DNA of 45,011 bases from Trypethelium eluteriae (taxonomy: Eukaryota). The DNA lies in assembly GCA_051942245.1 (NCBI GenBank), contig JAVECL010000016.1:62001-107011 (forward strand). The letters are read 5' to 3'. The notes under the pieces were generated by a model, which was given only the letters and a program-made list of their open reading frames with translations, searched no databases and had not been told where the DNA came from. This document shows positions 32,329 to 44,800 of the stretch, one piece after another. A program made the translations under genes and the position numbers. Every line of letters starts with the position of its first letter. Positions within the stretch are counted from its first letter, which is position 1.

Positions 32329-34314
32329 ATGCCCGAACTACCCCTACCTGCTGAGTTGGGGCTATCTTTCAGCAACTGCAGCGACTATCCTGCCAATCTG
32401 ATCGTGAAAGGAACGTCCAATCATCGTTCGACGCTCAGCTCCTACAAGAAACGGCTGGACGATGCTGAGTCCAAGCTTTGTCTTATTCCAGACACAGATG
32501 ATGTCGACCAGGAGTTTGAGGTTCACTTCAGAGACCTCAAAACAGCGGATGGAAAGGGTAAATAGATATTCGGAATCGACTATGCAAAACTCTCAATGCG
32601 CTGACTATCGCAAGATGTTGATAAGAAGAACGTACATTCCCCAGATGGGGTAGCCCGATGGCTTGGGACCAGCTTCACTCCGAGTTCTGTTGATTCCAGC
32701 CAGCGGATAGCCACGTTCTCGAAAAGAGATCCAAAATGTCGCTTTATGTACACCAAAACACCACCCATCACATCGAGTATGCGCTGATCAAAGTCTAGAT
32801 ATCTGTACGCCGAGAACAGTCGCGACAAGCTAAAAGTCACTCGGGAAGTGCTTGTCCAGATCCTAACCTTCCACCAAGTTATGCCACTTTACCTAGATTT
32901 CATGTTCATCTTTGGAGCTCAAAGCGACCCAAAAGACTTGCGATTCAGCGGCTTTCGGGAGAGGACTATGATGCGAGACCCAGCACGTGGATTGCCAGTG
33001 CCTAGCCTAGGTCGCAGCGGTCGAAATTTTCAGATTTCCTATAATCTGAAAGGCGTCACGTTCAAAAGTAAAGGAAACGAGAGCATGAGACTTGATGAGT
33101 GGTCGATACGTCAGGCCGCTATCTATCACCAATTTGATATCGTATTTGGCACGACGTTGTGGATAGTCACAAAAGGCAGATTAGACATCCAGCAGCGCTA
33201 CAAAGAGCTTACAGGTCCTGATGGAAGGGCTGAAGACAAGTCATTTGACTCCCTCGAAGATTGTTTCCGCTCCACGTTAGCCGCTCATTTGCTATATTGT
33301 CACTGGTCAACAGAAGACTGGCGCTGGTACATTCGATGGCTGGAGGATATCATTGACGAAGAGGTAAGGAAGCTTGCCTTCGTGTAAGCTCTGCTAACTC
33401 TGTCCAAGAGTTCCATGGTGGTATACGGTCCCCGGGGTCCTGGTTACGCTCACCGCGAGTATAAACCGTATCACATTCAAGATCTGCAATATTGGCAAGA
33501 CAAGACCAATGAAGCTGTCATGGTTCTTGAAGCCAATGTTGGGGTAATCTCTGCGTTACGGAAATTCTATGCGAATTTGAGAGAGCATAAAGACTTTCCT
33601 GCCGAACTGAAAAATCGTGTAACAGACGATATCATTAGCTTCGCTGCTCACCTTGACGAAATCACCGATGACTTCAATATGCAAATCTCACGTGCTAAGC
33701 TCCTGGCTGGCATAACTAACGACCGCAAAGAACTTGTGGTCCAGCATCTCCAAGGACAGGTCGCGGAGCGAACGGAGCGATTGAACCTCAATCTCGAAAG
33801 GGAGGCTATTGTAATGCGAATCATCACTATTGTTACCCTTGTGTATCTTCCTGCTACCTTTGTATCAGTTAGTATACCTGTGCCTTAGGACAAGTTTTAT
33901 ATGCTAATGTACCATGTTCAGACATTCTTTAGTACCGATATCGTTAAATATCAGGATCAAGGAGATGGCAACGGTGCTCCGGGAAACGGGACGTTCTCCG
34001 CTGTCGCCATGCGGCGATGGATCCAAGTGACACTTCCCTTGACCGCTCTAACGCTTGTTGTTGCCTATTCGACATATAAGATTGCAGGACACACCAGACA
34101 AGGGGTAAAGCTCTTCGAACATTCTAGCCAAGCCAATAATCCTGCTCAGAGAAAGGCAAAGAGACGGCCTACGAGTTCATCACAACAGCGATCGAATCCT
34201 GGTCTATTCAGGGGGTTGACTCGAAGACTCAGTGCTCTGCGCATGTTGAACGGAGCGTCGCAGGCGAAGGCATCATCTCTGCCACTCCACGAGACATCAA
34301 AAGCTGCTGGCTAA
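32329..34314 (+). CDS. Fungal CorA-like membrane protein, ~592 aa, 5 exons, GMN motif replaced by STD
   Basis: Introns 32558-32614, 32748-32798, 33364-33408 and 33868-33921 all join in phase. Soluble alpha/beta region (DPKCRFIYLYAENSRDKLKVTREVLVQILTFHQVMPLYLDFMFIFG...WSIRQAAIYHQFD), long stalk helix, then REAIVMRIITIVTLVYLPATFVSTFFSTDIVKY and a second TM WIQVTLPLTALTLVVAY. Confidence 0.88.
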
Positions 34315-34504
34315 AGAGCTTCAGTAAACCGTGGATGATAGAGGAAACGGGCATGCTTAGTGGGATCGTCGATTCTTCATACGCCTCCCTAGAAGCTCTC
34401 TCAGTGAGCAGTCTCCGCCGATGGATAGCGTCAATGTAGACCGGGAAATGTTCTACGCGTAAACGACGTGTGGCACATGATCGAAAAAGCTCGCGGGGAG
34501 GTAA

Positions 34505-34800
34505 AACCTCTCCTAGACTAGGTAGGTAATTAGCCCCTCTAGCTTTTCTTCAGATAACTTCTTCCGCAATACCTACAATAGCAGTCTTGGGGATTTTTGT
34601 ATTAAGTGCCTAAGCATAAGAATTCGTTTTAACAACCGCACACTTGAATCATTGGTAGGTGATGTGGCACAACCTTGAGACCTATAAGTCGGTGCGAACT
34701 CTTCGAAGGTTGGGGGGACGGATAATGGATTCGAGTACTCTAGGCTAGGCTAGGGGGTGAGCTTGCTGGTGAGAGCCTACGGATGGACGCTAGGTACGCT
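34505..34800. other. Second CTAG/TAG-dense patch (possible RIP-mutated relic)
   Basis: Seven CTAG tetramers (34513, 34518, 34539, 34740, 34745, 34750, 34790), including a (CTAGG)3 run. Confidence 0.3.
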
Positions 34801-35974
34801 ATGCCACAGGTAGCTGGTGCACCACCGTACCACACCAGCTTTTATCAAGCAACACTGACGCCACTTTCGGGCGATAAGCTTTCCGCTCCAGCAAACGGCT
34901 GGATTCGGTCGAGTAGCGGGGATCATAGGATGGTACATGGATGACAGGCTTATTCTTCGAGTCTAGCGGAAGATCATTACCCGTGAACCAAGGATAAGTC
35001 CCCACTTAATTGACTGCTGCAGTTTCCCCTTTGGACCTTACCACCTTCACCTCGGCCCACCGGTTCTTAGGTACTACACCAACTTCCTGTACCCGATGCC
35101 TACGACTTGCATCAGCGTGCTCTGAAACCCGTGATGATGGTCGCTACTGCACGAGGAAATTAAGAGAATTACGACGGTGTTTTCACTACTTTCTCGCTAA
35201 GATCCTTGTGCGGATCTCTCCAGATAGGTCTGAAAGGCTCCATTAAAGGATGCCACCGGACGCAGGAGGATGACGCAGATGTGCATTTTTATACGTTGAG
35301 TCATAGGGATCCTTACGACTTTCTCCAGTACGTATAGAGTGTACGGAGTACAGCCCTCTCCCACGACAGTCAGATCCTCAGCCGAGCCAGCAGCAGCAAC
35401 GTGGCAAGAATCGTAGATTTCCTCTGTTCAAAGATAAGTAAGCCTTGACCTTGTGCAAGGAGTTTAGTGCTTCTAGTCGCTGAGATCATGATTAGATGTC
35501 ACCTGGTCGTATCGTACGCTGTCCTCGAAACAAAAGCTTACTGTGGAGTGAGCAAACAATATGCGAAGAGCCTCGAGGCGTGTAGGGTTGATGTGCAAAT
35601 CGATTATTGACGCAGCTAGGCCCCGGGCAATCCCAGTCTCAGGGCACTTGCAGCTTGGGCACCTGCTGGATTACACCATGAGATGATCCAGCTTTTCAAG
35701 CGCCACCGCGCGCAGCCCCTCAAGCGCCACTTTGCGACGATAGGTCAACACGCTCATGAGCGAAGCTGATTGGGTTGCATCTCCCCGCCTTCACAGACTG
35801 GAGCGACTTTGCTTTTCCCAAGCTCTCTCGCAAGGCTGGAATACTGCGCGGGCGGAGCTTCAGCTGCGATGACTCTACCTTTCAGACCCCGACAGATCTC
35901 ATCTTCTATATGGCGGGTTGATCGCAACGTCTATCTCGTCTTGTCTTTCTACATATGACTTCTTTGATCAACGA

Positions 35975-38900
35975 ATGCATGCTGGAACCGGTGTCGCGAT
36001 GGAGGCCCGCGACTCGAGCTATCTCGAGAGGTTTTCGGCCAAGCTGAAGAGTGATTGGACCCACGTCGCAAAAGCAGCTTGTCTTCGAAAATGCCAGCAC
36101 CCAAGAGAGGGCTGCTGTAAGCGACGTTTCATGCATACAGCCGAGATTATTCGATGGATGAAATCCTCGGGCTCCAACGATTCCGTGCAATCCAATGACG
36201 CGACACCAAACGCCGATCGCTTGCTCAATGAGCTTTCTCCAGAGATGAAACGCCATCGTTCGTTTCCACTTGATTCGAAGTCCATACTTGAAGGGAAGAA
36301 CAAGTGCGTTCTAGTTTTTAGCATCCTCCTCGAGCAAGGCTACGGCCATCTTATCGATCTTTTCCAAGATGCGAAAGTTTACGATACGGTCCTGGAGTTG
36401 CCAGATTACAAATACCAAGACAAGCTTCGAAAGGAACTCAACGAAAACAAGATCGACAATGTGGATCAAGTCATTGAGAGCTTTGAGGAAGCGAAATGGG
36501 CATATTTGCCATCTCGGCTCTCTCTTCACATGACAGAGAGATTTGAGGGCGGCAAGTTCGTAATGCCATTCTGCAGGCGGGAGACTGTCAATGAAAAGGG
36601 TGGTACAGCATCAGTATCTCGGGTAGCTGTAAAGGAACAGTTCATTGTAGATCAGGGCCTACAAGAGGCTTTAAAGAGCTCTTTATATGACGACCCTGAT
36701 TTTGGAAATGTAAGTCTTTTCTGATTTTGTGAAATGCTCCACCTTACTTACAAGAGGGTTTCCGTAGTGCTATCAAATGGCCCTCAAGTCTTACTCCAGC
36801 GGTATGCGGACCGTATACAATTGGGAAAAAGACGCTTTTTTTGCTCTACGTCGTGATGACAGCCGTGCAATCGTGAATTATTTCGGATCCTATTCTCACG
36901 ACGAGCCGAGAGAAACCCCCGAAGGCATTGTTAATGATACGACTTACAATATCTTGCTGGAGTATGGTCAGATGGACCTTGATGAATATTGTGCCGATCT
37001 AGCAAATGTACCTCCAGTAAGAGCGATGGAAGTCATACGCTTCTGGGAGTCATTCTGTACAATCGCCGATGCCATCAGACGAGTCCACAACTTTCGTATT
37101 CGTCAAGGGAAGCAGGAGAATTTCTATAATGGGTATAATTTTCCGCTGGCTTTAAGCATTCATTTACTTACGCCGACAGATGGCACGCTGACATTAAGCC
37201 GGACAACATATTAGTAGTCAACGGCGAATTTCGGTTAGCGGACTTTGGCTTTGCTAAATTCTCAGAGACTGTCAAGAATACCACTCTTCCTACGGAGTAC
37301 ATTGAGGGAGGCACGGACACTTATGGTAGGACCATAGCACTGAACACGATAGGATGATCTTGGCTAATTTGCTCAATCCCCAGGCGCTCCGGAATTTGCC
37401 AGGATGAAACAGTCAGGAACAAGGACTACGGTCACACAGACCATTGATACCTGGTCATTTGGATGTGTCCTCTCCGTGGTTGCAACATGGATCATTCTAG
37501 GCTTTCAAGGCATTCGGCAATATGAAATGCTTCGGAAAATGGCGAACTCAAGACTGGGAATGAACACTGACAGATTCCATGATGGAAATGACTTACTGCC
37601 AGAGATCAAGGACTGGCACGACTTCTTGAGAACCCATATGCGAACTTCTGATACTGCTACGCCGTTGATTCTTGAGCTAATCGAAACGCGCATGTTGCGG
37701 GCGCATCCAGAGGACCGTCACGAATCAGAAAAACTATGCAAAGAACTGGCATCCCTAAAACAGAGAGCGACACGAGAGCATGATGACAAGAAAGTAAGGG
37801 AGACGGAGGGCTGTGTGAAAAAAGCACTATTAGTGATGGACAAGTATGCAGTCTTGCAGGATGACAAGACCTCTCGAGTGGACGGTCTGCACGTCGGGAG
37901 CCGTTTACATGTCAACATAATAGATGAGGGACCAAAGCCTAGTCAGTTTCATATGCCTGTGCAAACACAAAACCACGAATCAAATCGGGCTGGAAAAGAT
38001 AAAAGAATGCTCGATGTGCCGTATGCTAAGACGCCCCATCGGAAGGAAATTCTAGAGGAAGAGATGAAAGATATCCGACTATTATTTGGAATGAGTGAGG
38101 AAGGCATGCCTTCTGAACCTTTCTCTAAGCATTTTGGGGAAACTACGGATAGCCCCATCAACGATACACCTCCTCAAAAAGCTGGAGAAAGGTGGGGTGG
38201 GAGATTAACACCACGAAACCCGGCGAGCAGATCGATCTCTCCAGTCTACCGAGTTCCGATACCTCCACCAGCCTCAAGACCTAGCGGCTCTATTGAGAAC
38301 GAAGCTTTCAGTGAGCTCCGCATACCTGCTAGAGGCATTTCTCCAGCTCCATCACAAGCACCCGGTATGGTCCCACGGATCATTACTTCAGCTGAATTTC
38401 CTGATCAAAACGCCTCCTGGGCCGCAAGCCCCGAGGCTGTCCAAAGGGTAGATAATCATCAAAGTACTGCCACCGAGGATGCTTTCCCGCGATTCTTCAA
38501 TGGCAGCTCCTCGTCTAGTTCTAAAGTGAATCAAGGCGGACCAGAACCCCATAATCAGACCGAAGTCGCTCAGCATGAAGATAAGGGAAAGCTTCCCATG
38601 ACACCTGAAAGCTCTAGATCTCCCACCATCATGACCTTATCTCCTCCAACAGGTCATCCTTCACCCCCACATGTGTATCATCTTCCGTTCGACATCTGCA
38701 GTGTTCGCAGACGGTTGGAGGCCGAGAAACCCCGGTCGAACTTCGAAAAGTGGAAGGCAAAGATAGGCAAAGAAGTCAAAGATCCAGAACTTGCAAGACA
38801 CGTTGTAGACAGAGATATAGTAAGTCCTCATCCGTAGAATCTTTTGGTCTTTTTACTGATGTTCTCAAGGTTCTCGTTGTTGACAATGGAAGTACCATGG

Positions 38901-39853
38901 CTCAACATTGGCCGACTGCACAATTCGTCGCTCAAACCCTCGGAATGCAAGTCATGCCTCTGGACGATGACGGTATCGACGTGAGGTTTACCATTAATGG
39001 CGCAAAATACAACAAGAAAGCCCTTCGCGGCTCGAATGGCATCAAGGAACTGGAGAAGCTTCTAAGCTCGGCACGACCATCAGAGCCTCAGCCTGAGGAT
39101 TCCAGGGAGGCAACCGACATGAATTTCGTTTTTTCGGACTTGTTTCGTGATTATTGGACGAAAGGTATCCAAAAACAAACTATGATTTTGATCCTTACCG
39201 ATGCCGTTTGGGAGGGTACCTCTCTTGACAAGATGAACCAGACTATCGTTAGGTTCGCTCAGGAGGTTGAAAAAGATAGACGACGATTCAATCCGCGACA
39301 TTTTACTCTTGGATTCATTCACATTGGCGACGGAGTTGAGGAGAAGAGAAAATTGAAAAGTCTCGATGACGACCTTTGTAGAAAAAATGGGCTTAAGTGA
39401 GTGAAACATCTCGATGACGACCTCACTCGTATCAGCTAATAGAAACTTTTTAGCGACATAATTGACGCTTGCTCCTGGAAGACTCGTGTGCGCAAAATGA
39501 TACTAGGAAGTTTACTCGCCTACGAAGACGAGACAGAAGCGGATGGAGATGACGTGGCCACACTTTCATCGCCACAGAGCCCAACTGCGTCGCTTCATTA
39601 CGAACAACAGGTCTTGAATCGTCTCTTTGATGAGTTCAACAGTGGCCGGCTCAAAGTTATTCTGCCAGATCTTCGATCTCATCACATGCACGGCGCGTCA
39701 AGCCGAAACTCCCTCAGCGTGTCTCCGAGTCGGCATACTTTCGGTCTATCAACAAATAGAGATGCAACACTAACTGGCACGAGCTTGAAATCTACCGAAA
39801 CGAAGTCGAGCTGGAAAGACAAATTTTCTGCTCAATTTAAATCCCAAGGCTAA
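35975..39853 (+). CDS. Non-RD Ser/Thr protein kinase fused to a C-terminal vWA-like domain, ~1200 aa, 6 exons
   Basis: Introns 36710-36767, 37133-37179, 37326-37383, 38820-38869 and 39397-39453 join in phase. Kinase motifs: NEKGGTASV, MALKSY, WEKDAF, WHADIKPDNIL, LADFGFA, GGTDTYGAPE, DTWSFGCV. vWA motifs: VLVVDNGSTM, LDDDGIDVRFT, ATDM, MILILTDAVW, FTLGFIHIG, LKSLDDDL, DIID. Start at 35975 or 35999. Confidence 0.9.
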
Positions 39854-40779
39854 AATCGGGAATATCTAGACGCTTCTCCTTGCACACATTTCCTCAGTAT
39901 GCTATTCATATACTGCCATGGCCTAGGCCACATATGCTCAACGTCTTTCCGTCCTGGTGCGTGGCTTCCGGCGTTCAGATTCATTTGCAAGATACCCACA
40001 AGGTACGCATTTCTTGGTGCTTGCGGAATGTATGGATCTTTGGTCTTTCTAACAAAGCCTATAGTCCATGGATGGTGCTAATAGCATGATTTCGTTTTTA
40101 GAGTTCAAACTTGTTTACTTGATGTTGGATAAGATGATAGAAAGGAGGCAGCACCAGTATTTGTCGACGAATCATATTGGCTTCTGGCCACTTGTTTCGA
40201 TACGATCTGTCCAAAACTGCCCTCGAAATCATACATGTCAATGCATCAGCACATAGTTGACTATTGTTGAGTAATGATCCTACTGAGATCATTCGATAAG
40301 CTGAAGCATTGTCCAACTGTACTGAACGTCAACATTCCGGCGCTTTCAGACAGGATCAATCAAACAAGGACGGCACAAATCCTGCAGCCCAGCGGAGGGA
40401 TGTAGCGATGGGGTGAAATTGAGTGCTCTGAGCCATATTTGGCCGAATGGCCCAGTGCGTATATTGTCAATCCTTCGAAGTGTGGCCAACGGGAATCGAG
40501 CATAAGCAAAGCTTGACTTCGAGACGTCATTCACTTTTCACCTGCCGACCTGATTCATGCAGCCAGTGGCAGGAGTAACAGACAGAAAAGTATCACGATG
40601 ATTCAAGATAGGAATGAGAGACCCAATCACACCGCGCCACGCCAAGCAGACGAGTGGATTGGAGAAAGCACCGTTTGTGATGTACATGTAACTTGCTGAT
40701 GCAACTATAAATTGAATCCATGAGGTCACTTCAGATATTCCGTTACTACAGACTCGAGTTACTCTTCCGTTCCATAAAC

Positions 40780-41828
40780 CTAGTAGCTCTCTACCTCTCC
40801 CCTCCTCCCCTCCTCCTTTAAATCCGGCATCCATCCTTTCGGTCTCTCTCTCCCCCTTACAATCAGTCCATACAACGCCTTTTCGACCTTCTCCACACTC
40901 TGCTGCATGACCCCCATTTTCTTCTGCACGTCCCAAGAGAGTGGGCTCGATCTATCAATATCGAGTCCTTCGAGCGTGGCACGTAGCTGCCGCAAATCCT
41001 GCATGACATCCCGACGGCGCGTATGCACCCGGCTTCCCTTCTCCCGACTCTCAGATACAGTAGCTGGCATATCAATCTCCATGGCCTCGGCGGAAGGCCC
41101 TACAGCGATTCCAGAGGGCCTTGATTCCGCATGCCCAGACGAAGAAGGCACATCGCTCCCCGGCAAGACCTGAGACGTCGCCATTGCCGTGATAGCGAAC
41201 CGCATCAGCTCGCCTGTCATGTCAAAGATCCCTAGTACGTAGTCCTCCAGCGACAGAGTAACGGGCGCATGCGGGTTTCCGAGTTCGGCTAAGCGAGCGC
41301 TGGCGTCTTGGTAGGAAATCAAGGTCTGGGTCTCGAGATAGTGCTGGAAGGAGAGAGATTCCATGAATTCTTGGTTACCGCCGGTGATGTTGCGGGAGTA
41401 GCGGTGGGCATTTTGGCCTTGGAGATCAGGGGAGATGGCAGAGTATTGGGTGCGGATATTTTCCCAGTGAAGTTCATTGCTTTTGGTAATAGATTGATGG
41501 AGAGGTTGATTGATTTGCCGGGCCCTGAGCTCTTTGGTGAGTTGTTGAATTCTGAAGCGCGGGACTTGCTAGTACCTTTGGAGCGCGAAGATTCTAGGGA
41601 ATCCATCATTAGCTTACGCATGAACAGATACAAACGAAATCGCACTGACATCTTTTTACTTGCGGCGGTGATATCTCGAGAAGCTTTTACAATCCGTTCG
41701 CGTCTATCATGATGCTCATCTAATTCTGCCCGAAACGTTTCGAACATGGGAAGGAACGGCGAGCTGGGCTGATCGCTTTGCTTATCCATTGCTTCTTCGA
41801 ATTGGCGTTTTCTTCCCATTTGGACCAT
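40780..41828 (-). CDS. TSNAX: Translin-associated factor X (TRAX; C3PO nuclease subunit), ~313 aa, 3 exons
   Basis: FETFRAELDEHHDRRERIVKASRDITAASKKIIFALQR via introns 41649-41594 and 41575-41525 (18-nt micro-exon). Catalytic acidic motifs QEFMES and DYVLGIFDMTGELMRF. C-terminal KKMGVMQQSVEKVEKALYGLIVRGRERPKGW. Confidence 0.93.
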
Positions 41829-42156
41829 CCAGAGATTTGTGAGATTTGAACACTATGCGAAGACGGACCAGTGCCTGTTAGTATCTGGAGTAGGCGAGCA
41901 GCTTGGAGGTCTGGGCAAGATGGTATGGAAGAGGTAAGTACCTCCTATATGCACGTCATCCGTGACCCCTGCAATTGGTCAATTTAGCGCAATTTCGACA
42001 CCGGAAGTCTCGTTTCTTCTCTCTACTCCCCACGAAACTCTGTCTATGAGGTACCCTTTCTCGCCCTACATGAGGGATTAGTTCGTCGATGCTCAATGGG
42101 AAACTAATGTCATTCGTCGTTGCGTTTTGTTCGTTCGTGCCCGAATCGTCCCCAAC

Positions 42157-43591
42157 ATGGACCGCTTTTGGTCCAACTCGCGACTTGTCTTTGGTTCTGC
42201 GGTTCTTCTGCGTGTTGCCTTGCTTGGATTCGGCATTTTACAGGATAACTACTCTCCAGTGAAATACACAGATATCGACTATTTCGTCTTCACTGATGCT
42301 GCTCGCTATGTTGCGACCGGGCGGTCGCCCTATATGCGAGACACATACAGATACACTCCATTACTAGCATGGATGCTGTACCCCACGGCTTGGGGCGGCA
42401 TTTGGTTTCTTTTCGGAAAACTTCTTTTCGCATTCGGCGATATCATTGCCGGTGGATTTGTTTATCGTATACTCCGGGATGGGGCTGATATGCCTCCAGC
42501 AAGAGCGTTAAAGTTCACGAGCATCTGGATCCTCAACCCGATGGTTGCCCAGATCAGCACAAGAGGGAGCTCCGAGGGTTTACTTGGAATGATCATCATG
42601 GCACTATTGTGGTCTGTTTTGCAGAAGAGAATCGTGCTTGCTGGGTGTCTACTCGGGTTTGCGGTACACTTGAAGATATATCCGTTCATCTATGCGGCTT
42701 CAATCATATGGTGGCTCAATGAAAGTGCTTCAGCTCAAACGTCAGGCAAACACACCCGAAGTCCGAGCACAGGTCTTCTCGTGTCCCTCCTCAAATTTTG
42801 CAACAGGTCTCGCGTCCTGCTGGCCCTCTCCAGTGCCATTACATTCTTCTCTCTCAACGTAGTCATGTACGCGCTGTATGTGTGCATCCTCTCTCTTCAT
42901 ACTACTTTCTGCTTACAGTTTCCAGATACGGCCGGCCATTCCTAGAGCATACCTACTTCTACCATCTTACCCGGACTGACCATAGGCATAATTTTTCGCC
43001 TTATAATATACTACTCTATCTCCAGGCTTCTCCGGAAACCCAATCGAACGTTCATTTGGAAAGACTGGCGTTCCTTCCCCAATTATCCTTGGCTCTTGTG
43101 GTCATTCCACTTGCACTTGCTAGAAGAGACCTGCCGTCCACGATGCTAGCCCAGACCTTCGCCTTCGTAACATTTAATAAGGTGTGCACAAGCCAAGTAT
43201 GTCAAACGTCTTGAGATGCAATATTCAGGCTAACTAGAATAGTATTTCCTGTGGTACATGATGTTTCTTCCATTTTACCTGTCTTCATCATCTCTTCTCC
43301 GAAACCCCCAAGTAGGCATCGTGGCGCTTGTGGTCTGGGTACTCGGCCAGGTAAATTCCCTAACCTCGGACAATAAGACCGTGCCACTGATGTTTGTCAC
43401 AGGCAGTTTGGATTCAGCAAGCCTATCAATTGGAATTTCTCGGTCAATCGACATTCGTTCCCGGCTTGTGGTTATCTAGCATAGCTTTTTTTCTGGTAAA
43501 CATTTGGCTGCTTGGTATCATCATTGCAGATGTAGGTCAGCAATCTACAAGGGTAGAATACGACAAGAGTCGAGCCAAGAAAATGTCGTGA
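42157..43591 (+). CDS. GPI14: GPI mannosyltransferase 1 (PIG-M), ~428 aa, 4 exons
   Basis: Motifs [16 protein letters not shown]...[46 protein letters not shown] and [13 protein letters not shown]. Introns 42876-42925, 43197-43242 and 43351-43402. Confidence 0.96.
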
Positions 43592-43793
43592 ACTGAATGG
43601 TGCTACCCCGCTCTAAGACCGAGGCTCTTGGATGAGATCATAGGTATCTCGTCATTTACGGATGCGCGTAGTGGTCTAATACTGATGGCGGATCTGCTAG
43701 ACGTATTTTCTTCAGCGCAAGACTGCCATTCAATCGAAAGTACCTTGAGGAACGATCCTTCGGGTTGATATCCGATTAAGGAATTCTCTAAAG

Positions 43794-44522
43794 ATGCCGA
43801 ATATCCTCATCACTGGAGCTGCCAGCGGTCTCGGTGCTGAATTCATGAGATTGTACTGCGCTGATAGCAAAAATCGGGTCTTTGCCTGTGACAAAGATCC
43901 TGTCCTGGATATCGCGGAGAACGTGGTCAAGTCTCAAGGCGATATTACATCCCTTCAGTACCTCTCAAGCTTGGAAGAGCTCTTGAAGAATATACCGATC
44001 GATCTCGTTATCCATTCAGTTGGCATCCGCGGCCTTGTGCCCACCGTCGAGGCAGTTCATCCCACGGACGTCGCCCGCGCTGAAAGTTTGGAGGTTATGA
44101 ACGAGGATATAATTGCACGGACCTTTCAGATTAATACCATAGGCACTTTCTCGCTTATCAAATGTCTGCTTCCCAATCTCCATCAGACATATATCGCGAA
44201 CGGGCGCGTCTGTCCCAAAGTCATTGTCATGTCCTCGCGCATGGGTTCCATTGGGCACAACACCAGTGGTGGCGCATATGCATACCGCATGTCGAAAGCA
44301 GCCCTCAACGCCATGATCCGGAGCTTCAGTTTTGATATTTCATATGCGACCTTCTTAATGGTGCATCCAGGCCGAGTAGAGACAGGATTGACAAAATCCC
44401 GGGAAGAGGGCGCGATCGAGGCGGAGGAAAGCGTAGCCTCGATGCTCAAATTAATTAACTTTGCTGATAAGCCGCATTCAGGCAAGTTTGTGGATCGATT
44501 CGGGGTTGAAATTCCTTGGTAA
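43794..44522 (+). CDS. Short-chain dehydrogenase/reductase (C-factor/CsgA-like)
   Basis: Rossmann motif ILITGAASGLG, MSSRMGSI, catalytic YRMSK, HPGRVET and terminal SGKFVDRFGVEIPW. Confidence 0.93.
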   Translation: MPNILITGAASGLGAEFMRLYCADSKNRVFACDKDPVLDIAENVVKSQGDITSLQYLSSLEELLKNIPIDLVIHSVGIRGLVPTVEAVHPTDVARAESLEVMNEDIIARTFQINTIGTFSLIKCLLPNLHQTYIANGRVCPKVIVMSSRMGSIGHNTSGGAYAYRMSKAALNAMIRSFSFDISYATFLMVHPGRVETGLTKSREEGAIEAEESVASMLKLINFADKPHSGKFVDRFGVEIPW

Positions 44523-44800
44523 AGGGGAGCCATTGGATTGAGCTGGGAGTAACTCATAGATATAGACAAGGGACGATTTCAATGAGGCCTTTCTCTGAAT
44601 CCGTTGTACGCCTCGCCTGCATATCATCCATCGACTCCCGTGATGAAGAATGTTAGAGGGCCATGCTTCAAGCCCAATTCATTCGGATGCTAAACCCTCC
44701 CTTAGCCGGCTGCTTATCATATTCGGCTGCCATATGTAGTCTTCCGGCGTTTCATTAATTTTCGGTCACATCTCAGTGTGCCAGCCCGACTCCATAAGCA

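Noticed and set aside
34799..35246. Short ORFs between the CorA-like and kinase genes
   Set aside because: Non-ATG starts, no motifs and no convincing splice sites; no transposase or RT similarity recognised.
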